Shown here one piece after another: positions 10,366 through 17,683 of a stretch of 62,719 nt of DNA (its first letter is position 1; every line of letters begins with the position of its first letter). The DNA lies in NCBI GenBank assembly GCA_043810925.1, contig JBDRNT010000052.1, forward strand, positions 1-62,719, given 5' to 3'. The notes below the pieces were generated by a model. The model saw nothing but the letters and a program-made list of their open reading frames with translations. It searched no databases and was not told the DNA's origin. This DNA comes from Candidatus Eiseniibacteriota bacterium. Its GTDB lineage: Bacteria > Arandabacterota > Arandabacteria > Arandabacterales > Arandabacteraceae. The translations under genes and the position numbers were made by a program.

Positions 10366-11349
10366 ATGGCTGATCTGTCTACCGAGTACATGGGGCTTTC
10401 TCTGCGTAATCCTCTCATAGTTGCGAGCTGCAGCCTCGTGAAGACCCTCGACGGTGTCCGCAAGTGTGCGGATGCTGGTGCCGGGGCGGTTGTACTTAAG
10501 TCACTGTTTGAGGAGCAACTTCAGGCGGAGGTGAAGGACCAGGAGAAGCACCTCTGGCTCTATGGCCACAGCGAGGCGTTTGAATATGTGAGCAAGATGG
10601 CGATGCCCCTCGGGCCCCGGGAGTATCTGAAGCTGATAGAAGACGCCAGAGACGCGGTAACCATTCCGGTAATAGCCAGTCTCAACTGCATATCCCCGAG
10701 ATGGTGGGTAGACTATGCGAAACAGATCGCCGCTGCAGGGGCCGATGGAATCGAGCTCAATATATCGGCCATGCCGAGTGATCCCCGCCGTGAGGGTGAA
10801 GAGATTGAAGACCTGTACCTCAGCATCGTTGAGACCCTCAGAGCCAGCATCGACATACCGATCGCGGTCAAGATCGGACCTCACTTCACATCCGTGGCGA
10901 GGATTGCGGAGCAACTGTGCGAACGGGGCGCCTCTGCACTCGTTCTCTTCAATCGCTTCTACCAGATTGATATCGACATAGAGAAGATCGAGCTTACTTC
11001 GGGATACAAATTCAGCTCACCTGACGAGCTGAGTCTGCCGCTGCGCTGGATTGCGCTTCTGGCAGGGCGGATAGACTGTGATTTCGCGTCGTCAACCGGG
11101 GTTCACACCGGGGCCGACTTTATCAAACAGATTCTGGCGGGTGCAAACGCTGTCCAGGTTTGTTCCACGCTTTACCTCAATGGTATCGGGCAGATCGGAC
11201 GCATCCTGGATGATGTCAAGATCTGGATGAGCAAACACGGGTTCGGCACAATCGGTGAGGTCAGGGGCAAACTTAGCCGGATGCAGAGCGACAAACCCGA
11301 GCTTTACGAACGTCTCCAGTACATAAAACTCTTCACCGGTATCGACTGA
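10366..11349 (+). CDS. Dihydroorotate dehydrogenase-like flavoprotein
   Basis: GAVVLKSLFEEQ, IELNI, PIAVKIGP, LFNRFYQ, GANAVQV; lacks the canonical SCPN loop. Confidence 0.85.
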   Translation: MADLSTEYMGLSLRNPLIVASCSLVKTLDGVRKCADAGAGAVVLKSLFEEQLQAEVKDQEKHLWLYGHSEAFEYVSKMAMPLGPREYLKLIEDARDAVTIPVIASLNCISPRWWVDYAKQIAAAGADGIELNISAMPSDPRREGEEIEDLYLSIVETLRASIDIPIAVKIGPHFTSVARIAEQLCERGASALVLFNRFYQIDIDIEKIELTSGYKFSSPDELSLPLRWIALLAGRIDCDFASSTGVHTGADFIKQILAGANAVQVCSTLYLNGIGQIGRILDDVKIWMSKHGFGTIGEVRGKLSRMQSDKPELYERLQYIKLFTGID

Positions 11350-11399
11350 CGCAGGAGGTGCGGCGCCGGGTCTCTGCGCCCGACGCTCCCACCTGATGA

Positions 11400-12263
11400 T
11401 CAGTCAGCGGATGCCAGCTTGACCTTGGTCCAGAGCTCGAGGCGTTCGGGCATAATGCGGGAATCACCGCCGGGTTCGCGGCCTCCGCCCATTCCGCCAC
11501 CTCGCATCCCTCCTCCACGCTTGCCACCGCCGCCCGGGCCACGGCCAGGCATGTCCCCGCCGGGAACCGCGCCACGAGGCATTTTGCCGCCTGTGGCTTC
11601 ACGCATCTTATCCTGATCGATCTCGGCGGTTTCAAAGCCTAGCCCGACATATGAGCCTTCGTCCATTCCAATGCTATAGGGATGCTGGTCGGTTGATCGA
11701 AGAGGGATCTTAACCTCGTAAAGGAATCTTCCGTCCTGGTGGCCAAGCCGGACTTCCAGCCCGGCAAGTTGAGATGGAAAGAGTCTGATGACGTCATCCT
11801 CAGTTGGACCAATGATCTCAAGCTGTTCTACGGATGATTCCAGTTTCTCGAGGATCATGTCGGTGAACTTGTCGCGATCCTGTGTGATCTTGCTAAACTG
11901 CGAGGGATCATCCATCTCCTGTGGGGCGCCGATCGGGCAGCGGATCCCGAATGACTTCTGCTTCCCACCTTCGGGGTCAAGCCAGACCGTTAAGCCACGG
12001 GCCATGATCTGAGCTGCCACACTGCGCAGAGATGTCGATAGCGATACATAGAGGTAGTCATCGTCATTCATTATCCCAACAGCAACGGATGAGTCTTCGA
12101 CGTAAGTGGTGGTTCCCTGCCATTCCGTGGGAATCCCGTCAATCTTTACCTCACGATCGCGCCACACACTGCTCAATTCAAGGCCCCCACATCCGGCGAA
12201 GGAAGCGAGTGAGATCAAGACGAGACTGCCGAGCATCACGTCCCGTGGTCGGATCCTGCTCAT
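11400..12263 (-). CDS. Lipoprotein of unknown function with Gly/Met-rich loop; paralog of 36478-37326
   Basis: RBS AAGGAGG before ATG 12263; lipobox FAGC; IDG..EW and NDDDYLY motifs shared with paralog. Confidence 0.8.
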   Translation of the reverse strand: MSRIRPRDVMLGSLVLISLASFAGCGGLELSSVWRDREVKIDGIPTEWQGTTTYVEDSSVAVGIMNDDDYLYVSLSTSLRSVAAQIMARGLTVWLDPEGGKQKSFGIRCPIGAPQEMDDPSQFSKITQDRDKFTDMILEKLESSVEQLEIIGPTEDDVIRLFPSQLAGLEVRLGHQDGRFLYEVKIPLRSTDQHPYSIGMDEGSYVGLGFETAEIDQDKMREATGGKMPRGAVPGGDMPGRGPGGGGKRGGGMRGGGMGGGREPGGDSRIMPERLELWTKVKLASAD

Positions 12264-12322
12264 CGGTACATCCTCCTTTCGAGCGGCAGGCCGGGTGCGT
12301 TCCCGGTCGCTGCCGTCGTCTC

Positions 12323-12362
12323 GCATCGCATCGGGGTCGGGGCCCCTGACCCGATGCGATGC
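12323..12362. terminator. Strong GC-rich hairpin between repeat-protein gene and lipoprotein gene
   Basis: GCATCGCATCGGG / CCCGATGCGATGC perfect 13-bp arms plus inner GTCGGGG/CCCCTGAC; no clear U-tract. Confidence 0.55.
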
Positions 12363-12378
12363 CGTAACCTGCGGGGTG

Positions 12379-13080
12379 CTACTTGAAGCTCTCCTTGATC
12401 AACCCCCAGGTTGCCGGCTCTTCGTTCTCTGATGAGAGTGTGGATGCATCTGCCTCACTGTCACTGCTCCGTGGTGGCAATTCGATGCCCCAACCCTTGA
12501 GCATCTGATCTACCGCTTGGTGGATCTCCTCACGTGACGCACCTGCCTTTCTCATCTCCATGACTTTGTCATGAACCACCTCGCGCTGCTCTTCTGTGAG
12601 CAGTTCGCCGAGTTTGCCGTGGGGACCCGGATGTTCGGGACCATGCTCGGGCGGTTCAATGCCCCACCCTTCGAGCATCTCTCGAACGGCCTCGTGGATC
12701 TCCTTGCGTGACGCACCGGCTTCCCTCATCTCCGTGACCATGTCATGAACCGCTTCACGCTGCTCTTCTGTGAGCAGTTCACCGAGTTTGCCGTGGGGAC
12801 CGGGGTGTCGGGGACCATGCTCGGGCGGCTCGATGCCCCACCCTTCGAGCATCTCTCGAACGGTCTCGTGGATCTCCTTGCGTGACGCACCGGCTTCCCT
12901 CATCTCCGTGACCATGTCATGAACCGCTTCGCGCTGCTCTTCGGTGAGCAGTTCACCTAGTTTGCTATGAGGGCCGGAATGTCCGGGTCCGCCGGAAAGG
13001 GAGCCGGACCGTCCGGCGTAGCTCAGGGCGGTAGCTCCAATCACTGCGATCAGTACGATCATCAGACCGAATCTCTTCAT
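12379..13080 (-). CDS. Exported His/Met/Glu-rich helical repeat protein (3 x 58 aa) with C-terminal TWGLIK motif
   Basis: RBS GGAGGTG, signal peptide MKRFGLMIVLIAVIGATALSYA, repeats KLGELLTEEQRE...GWGIE. Confidence 0.85.
   Translation of the reverse strand: MKRFGLMIVLIAVIGATALSYAGRSGSLSGGPGHSGPHSKLGELLTEEQREAVHDMVTEMREAGASRKEIHETVREMLEGWGIEPPEHGPRHPGPHGKLGELLTEEQREAVHDMVTEMREAGASRKEIHEAVREMLEGWGIEPPEHGPEHPGPHGKLGELLTEEQREVVHDKVMEMRKAGASREEIHQAVDQMLKGWGIELPPRSSDSEADASTLSSENEEPATWGLIKESFK
12470..12970 (-). repeat. Intragenic tandem repeat, 174-bp period, about 3 copies
   Basis: GAGCAGTTC recurs at 12598, 12772, 12946. Confidence 0.92.
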
Positions 13081-13121
13081 CTCTTGTTCACCTCCTTCCG
13101 GTCTTCCGGGTTTCATAACGG

Positions 13122-13150
13122 TTAGACAACGATTCACCGGGTCCTATTCC
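13122..13150 (-). promoter_or_regulatory. ECF sigma promoter GGAATA-N16-TGTCTAA for the repeat-protein gene
   Basis: Both boxes and spacing identical to the site upstream of the sigma gene (14649-14677). Confidence 0.8.
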
Positions 13151-13232
13151 CAGATTCCGAAAGAAACGGGTGAGCCGGCATCGCCGGGGTGAGATTGGAG
13201 GACGAAGAGAAAGTAAGTCCTGAATTCGCTGG

Positions 13233-13625
13233 TTACTCTGGTGGCCTGCGGGGCTTCATGTGATCGCGCATCCTGCGCAGGTGCTCATGCCTGTTGTCAA
13301 GGCGCTCCTTCTGTTCGTCTGTAAGGATGGGATCGAGATCGTTTCTCATTGAATCCATGACGGCGGAAATTTCAGACCGGAATTCGGAGCTTATGTCGGA
13401 AAAGCGTTCTGAATGCTCGGCGAGAATACTACGCACTGCTTCGACCTGGTCGGGCTCGGGATCGATCAGCATCTCAATTGCGGACGCGAAGCCGTCCGGG
13501 CGCCCGCCGGGGAAGGGTGGCCTCAAGTGTCGGTGTAGCACGGGACCCGCGAGGAAAAGCCCGATCAAGATACCGATCACCAGTGTTGCAACAACGATAA
13601 GCGTGGTCTGCGATCGCGTGCTCAT
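13233..13625 (-). CDS. Membrane-anchored helical periplasmic protein (Spy/CpxP/heavy-metal-sensor-like)
   Basis: N-terminal TM, ILTDEQKERL motif, coupled to anti-sigma gene. Confidence 0.7.
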   Translation of the reverse strand: MSTRSQTTLIVVATLVIGILIGLFLAGPVLHRHLRPPFPGGRPDGFASAIEMLIDPEPDQVEAVRSILAEHSERFSDISSEFRSEISAVMDSMRNDLDPILTDEQKERLDNRHEHLRRMRDHMKPRRPPE

Positions 13626-14056
13626 GATAATGCCTCCATCACCGATTCAAACGGCGTTTCGATTACTTCTTCAATCGTGACCTTGGGTACACCCAGGGCG
13701 GCGGTTGCGGATATAGTGTTACTGCTGACGATATTGAAGATCGCCAGAGCGACTACTGCGAGAGCCCCGGCGAAGGCCGCCCGGCGAAACACATATGATA
13801 ACGATTCGAGAAATGTTTCTGCTCCGCGGTTCTCACCGGCGTTCGCCGTGAGCCGGCTCATCACCCGCTCGGCAAAGAACGGCTTGAAGGATTCCGCCGC
13901 ACTCACCGCCAACGACCTGCGGATCGCCAGGATTCGCACTCTCTCTTCGCGGAGTGCCTCCGACCGGGCCAGCGCCTCATCAAGTCGATGTTGCTCGGCG
14001 GGATCAAGATCCTCGTCAAGTGACCGGTAGAGCAGATTGAGCATTTCTTCATTCAT
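13622..14056 (-). CDS. Putative anti-sigma factor (single TM)
   Basis: Follows ECF sigma; cytoplasmic N-domain, FAERVM motif, one TM. Confidence 0.75.
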   Translation of the reverse strand: MNEEMLNLLYRSLDEDLDPAEQHRLDEALARSEALREERVRILAIRRSLAVSAAESFKPFFAERVMSRLTANAGENRGAETFLESLSYVFRRAAFAGALAVVALAIFNIVSSNTISATAALGVPKVTIEEVIETPFESVMEALS

Positions 14057-14058
14057 CG

Positions 14059-14616
14059 TTAGCCCCCATAAACATGCGGCAGTGCCTGCCTGAGTCTTCT
14101 CTGGGCCCTCGAGAGACGGGACAGCACCGTCCCAAGTGGTATCCCCAGGATATCTGCCGTCTCCGCGGTGGAGTACCCATCGATCAATCTCAGGACAACC
14201 ACAGCCCGGAAATCATCATCAAGTTCCTGAACCGCACGCTCGACGATCTCGGGATCCACTCCCTCCTCGGCGCGCGTCTTTGGATCGGCAATATCGTGAA
14301 ACTCCTCCACGGGTTTCTGCGAGAACAACAGTCGTTTCCGCTTTCGGCGTTTGATCTCGTTCAAGGACAGGTTTATTGCAATCCTTGTCAGATAGGTCTT
14401 GAGGCTCGATTCTCCCCTGAAGCTCTTAAGGGCCTTGTAGAAGCGGATGAACGTCTCCTGCCCTACGTCTTCCGCCTCTGCACAGTTTCCGAGCATGCCG
14501 ATCACCGTTGCCGCTACAACAGGCTCATAACGCCTGACGAGCTCCTTAAAAGCACGGTTGCTACCTTCACGGGCATTCCTGATTAGAGCTTCATCTATCA
14601 AGTGTTCTCTTTCCAA
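14059..14616 (-). CDS. ECF sigma-70 factor
   Basis: AEDVGQETF, region 4 TAETADILGIPLGTVLSRLSRA. Confidence 0.95.
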   Translation of the reverse strand: MEREHLIDEALIRNAREGSNRAFKELVRRYEPVVAATVIGMLGNCAEAEDVGQETFIRFYKALKSFRGESSLKTYLTRIAINLSLNEIKRRKRKRLLFSQKPVEEFHDIADPKTRAEEGVDPEIVERAVQELDDDFRAVVVLRLIDGYSTAETADILGIPLGTVLSRLSRAQRRLRQALPHVYGG

Positions 14617-14648
14617 TCAACGAACCCTCACCCTACCCTTCTACTCCA

Positions 14649-14677
14649 TTAGACACGTGGGCATCAAGGTATATTCC
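14649..14677 (-). promoter_or_regulatory. Autoregulatory ECF promoter GGAATA-N16-TGTCTAA
   Basis: RpoE-like boxes just upstream of the sigma gene; duplicated at 13122-13150. Confidence 0.8.
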
Positions 14678-14773
14678 ATAAGGGGATGAATTGGGCGTGA
14701 CCAAGGCACGCGCGGTGCCTCCGGGCGGTCTTTTGACCTTGAATTAAGTGTCGTGTCACCTTAATTTTGAGCC

Positions 14774-16543
14774 ATGATGAGAGTTTTGTTCCTCTGTTCC
14801 AGGAATGCATGCCGCAGCCAGATGGCCGAGGGGTTTGCGCGTTCGAGAAACGAGCCGGGCGTCGAGATAGCAAGTGCAGGTACTGTTGCGACAAGCGTTC
14901 ACCCGCTGGCGATCCGGGTGATGTCCGAGGCGGGCATCGACATTGCCGACCAGGCCTCGAAGTCCCTGGGTGAGCTTAAGTTGCTTGATTTCGATGTTGT
15001 GATTTCACTGTGCGATCAGGCAGCCAGGACCTGCCCCGTCCTTCCCGGTAATCCGGAGGTGGTCAACTGGGACCTTCCGGACCCGGCTGAGGAAGCTGAG
15101 GCCGCGAGATCCGGCAAAACACCTGAAAATGGAGATGAAGCCGCACTCAACGTTTTCAGGGCCTCGCGTGATGAGATTCGCCGGCTTGTCGATGACTTGT
15201 TCGAACGGGGTTATCTTAAGGCGCTCGCCGAGGCGAAGAGCGTTGCAGGCCTTGTCCTCAGCAATATCTCCGATGGCATCATCGCGCACGACATGGACCG
15301 GCGGGTATTTTACTTCAACAAGGCGGCCGAGGAGATTACGGGGTACACCCGAGCGGAAGTGATAAACCGTGACTGTCATGAAGCGTTTCCCGGAAGGTTC
15401 TGCGGGGGCAAGTGCCACTTCTGTGAGGATGCTCCGCCCGTGTCGGACTTCCTCAGGCAGGAGCTCGATATCACGACGAAGAGTGGAGAGCAGCGATTTG
15501 TCGAGATGTCGATCAGGGCCATGACCGGCGGCACGGGCGAGAAGATAGGCGTGCTAGTCTCCTTCAGGGACCTTACGCGGGAACGTCGTCTTGCCCGGCG
15601 GTTGGGTGAGGTCGATAGTTTTGCGGGGATCATCGGGCGAGACAGCAAGATGCTCGAGGTTTTCGATCTGATCCGGGATCTGGCGGATTCACAGGCGCCG
15701 GTGCTGGTCCAGGGGGAAAGCGGCACAGGCAAGGAACTTGTGGCTGCGGCGATTCACAATGAAGGGCAGCGTGCCAGCAGCCTCTTTGTACCAGTTAACT
15801 GCGGCGCCCTCCCCGAGTCTCTGCTTGAGAGTGAGCTCTTCGGCCACGTTAAGGGCGCGTTCACAGGGGCGATCCGCGATAAGAAAGGCCGGTTTGAGCT
15901 TGCCGACGGGGGGACCATCTTTCTGGATGAGATCGGTGACATCCCGCCTGCCACCCAGGTGAGGCTTCTGAGGGTGCTGCAGGACGGCACCTTTGAGCGG
16001 GTCGGCAGCGAGAGAACGGTCAAGGTCGATGTTCGTCTGATAAGTGCGACGAACAAGAATCTGACGGAGGAGATTGCCGCCGGCAGATTCAGGGAGGACC
16101 TCTTTTACAGACTCAGTGTCGTTCCTGTTGTCTTGCCGCCACTTCGTGACCGGCGAAACGATATACCGCTGCTTGTAGACCATGTCCTGAGGCGGGAAAC
16201 CGAGAGAATGAACCGGGGGGAGATCACGATCTCGCCGGAAGTGATGGGTATCTTGCTGTCCTACGACTGGCCGGGCAATGTCCGGGAGCTTCAAAACTGG
16301 ATCCAGTTCGCACTTGTCAAGTGCAAGGGTGAGGTGATCAAGGCGGAGCACTTGCCCCCACGAATCGGTTCACCCCCCCTTCCTGCCGGGAGAGCAAGAC
16401 GACCCCGCAGCCGGAAGCTCAATGCCATCTCGGTACGCAGCGCGCTCGCTGAAACCGGAGGCAACAAGGTCGAGGCGGCCCGGCGTCTGGGCGTATCGCG
16501 CGCGACCCTCTACCGGTTCCTCGACGAGGTCGGCGATCTGTAG
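14774..16543 (+). CDS. Sigma54 enhancer-binding protein: ArsC/LMW-PTP - PAS (CX8CX3C) - AAA+ - Fis HTH fusion
   Basis: CSRNACRSQMAEG, LCDQAARTCP, DP; PAS with CHEAFPGRFCGGKCHFC; GESGTGKE, GAFTGA, WPGNVREL, LGVSRATLYR. Confidence 0.93.
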   Translation: MMRVLFLCSRNACRSQMAEGFARSRNEPGVEIASAGTVATSVHPLAIRVMSEAGIDIADQASKSLGELKLLDFDVVISLCDQAARTCPVLPGNPEVVNWDLPDPAEEAEAARSGKTPENGDEAALNVFRASRDEIRRLVDDLFERGYLKALAEAKSVAGLVLSNISDGIIAHDMDRRVFYFNKAAEEITGYTRAEVINRDCHEAFPGRFCGGKCHFCEDAPPVSDFLRQELDITTKSGEQRFVEMSIRAMTGGTGEKIGVLVSFRDLTRERRLARRLGEVDSFAGIIGRDSKMLEVFDLIRDLADSQAPVLVQGESGTGKELVAAAIHNEGQRASSLFVPVNCGALPESLLESELFGHVKGAFTGAIRDKKGRFELADGGTIFLDEIGDIPPATQVRLLRVLQDGTFERVGSERTVKVDVRLISATNKNLTEEIAAGRFREDLFYRLSVVPVVLPPLRDRRNDIPLLVDHVLRRETERMNRGEITISPEVMGILLSYDWPGNVRELQNWIQFALVKCKGEVIKAEHLPPRIGSPPLPAGRARRPRSRKLNAISVRSALAETGGNKVEAARRLGVSRATLYRFLDEVGDL

Positions 16544-16562
16544 GACTGTCCCGCAGACATCC

Positions 16563-16609
16563 TGTCTCAAAGTGTCTCATTGTCTATTCCTGCGCCTCCA
16601 AATGAGACA
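16563..16609 (+). promoter_or_regulatory. Candidate upstream activator sequence (TGTCTCA x2, TGAGACA)
   Basis: TGTCTCA at 16563 and 16573, TGAGACA at 16603; mirrored at 23365-23414. Confidence 0.7.
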
Positions 16610-16695
16610 GATCCAAGTATTCCGCCGGCAGAATGTCCTACGTAATTGCCTTTGCCATAAAGAGTTAGCCCATTCCTGCCAGACTACACCAAGAT

Positions 16696-16712
16696 TGGCA
16701 CGAATCGAGCAT
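16696..16712 (+). promoter_or_regulatory. Sigma54 -24/-12 promoter TGGCACGAATCGAGCAT
   Basis: TGGCACG with GG-N10-GC spacing, directly downstream of the EBP gene. Confidence 0.75.
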
Positions 16713-16745
16713 GAATAATTCGGTGTCTTGAATAATTCGGTGTCT
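16712..16745 (+). repeat. 17-bp tandem duplication TGAATAATTCGGTGTCT x2
   Basis: Exact direct repeat; contains the TAATTCGGTG end of repeat family A. Confidence 0.9.
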
Positions 16746-16775
16746 GCTTACAAATTAGGGGAATCGGGGACAGTT

Positions 16776-16979
16776 ATGAATCAAGCGCGTAATGATTACA
16801 TCAAAAAAGCTCTGGAGTTGGCGCGCACGCTGACCATCCTGGCAGATGAGGGTGAGGCCGTAAGCCGGGATGACGGCTGCATAGTCCTCTACAGCGTGAT
16901 CAGGGATTGTGCCTACAGAATTCGCACTGAGGCTGAGCGGGAACGGGATGCGCACAAGGCGAAAGGCGTGTGGGCGTGA
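16776..16979 (+). CDS. Small helical hypothetical protein (67 aa, two Cys)
   Basis: GGGGA RBS, first ORF after the sigma54 promoter; LADEG...GC..LY...RDCAY pattern. Confidence 0.75.
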   Translation: MNQARNDYIKKALELARTLTILADEGEAVSRDDGCIVLYSVIRDCAYRIRTEAERERDAHKAKGVWA

Positions 16980-17092
16980 GCGGAACGGCGTCTGGGCTGA
17001 TGGGATGGAGAAAAGGAGGCTTGAGCATCTTAGCATGGTACACCGGCCTCATCACAATTGAATCGCGGTGGAAACAGGAAAGGACGGGTGAG

Positions 17093-17683
17093 ATGAGTTC
17101 GAAGAGAATCGCAGTTGCATTATTGTTGGGCGTCATCATAAGTGTGTTCGCAGTGACTACTGTGACAGCGGGAACTGGTTGTTCGAAGAAGTGTGCCAGC
17201 GCCTGCGGCGCCGCGGAGAAGAAGGCGGAATCTCCGGAGGCCACGGTCATAAAGGCTCAGACGATCTGCCCGGTGATGGGCAATGAGATCAACAAGAATC
17301 TTTACGCAGACGTGGACGGTAAGCGTGTATATGTGTGCTGTCAGGGTTGTATTGCAGCCGTCAAGGCGGATCCTGAGAAGTACCTGGCATTGATCGCGGC
17401 CAGGGGCGAGACGGTCGCGGAGACGCCACCGATACTCTGCGGTAAGTGCGGCCAGCTCAAGGGAACCGAGGAATGCTGTATGAAGGACGCGGTCAGGTGC
17501 AAAGATTGCGGCATGGCGAAGGGATCGCCCGGGTGCTGCATCATGCCTGAAGCGGGCAAGGACGTCGATCTATGCACGAAGTGTGGTGAGATCAAGGGAA
17601 GCGATGACTGCTGTGGCAAGGACATGCAACATTGCAAGAAGTGTGGACTGGCAAAGGACTCACCCGGTTGTTGCAATATCTAA
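17093..17683 (+). CDS. Exported YHS-domain protein with four CxxCG..K....CC repeats
   Basis: Signal peptide from ATG 17093; QTICPVMG...VYVCCQGC...DPEKY YHS motif; Cys-rich tail. Confidence 0.85.
   Translation: MSSKRIAVALLLGVIISVFAVTTVTAGTGCSKKCASACGAAEKKAESPEATVIKAQTICPVMGNEINKNLYADVDGKRVYVCCQGCIAAVKADPEKYLALIAARGETVAETPPILCGKCGQLKGTEECCMKDAVRCKDCGMAKGSPGCCIMPEAGKDVDLCTKCGEIKGSDDCCGKDMQHCKKCGLAKDSPGCCNI

Noticed and set aside
14774-15200. Arsenic-resistance (ars) operon
   Set aside because: No arsR, acr3/arsB, arsA or arsD in the window; the ArsC domain is part of a regulator
16712-16745. Possible CRISPR array
   Set aside because: Only two abutting 17-bp copies, no spacers, no cas genes; family A repeats are dispersed, not regularly spaced
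17400-17683. Multiheme cytochrome c
   Set aside because: Motifs are CxxCG, not CxxCH
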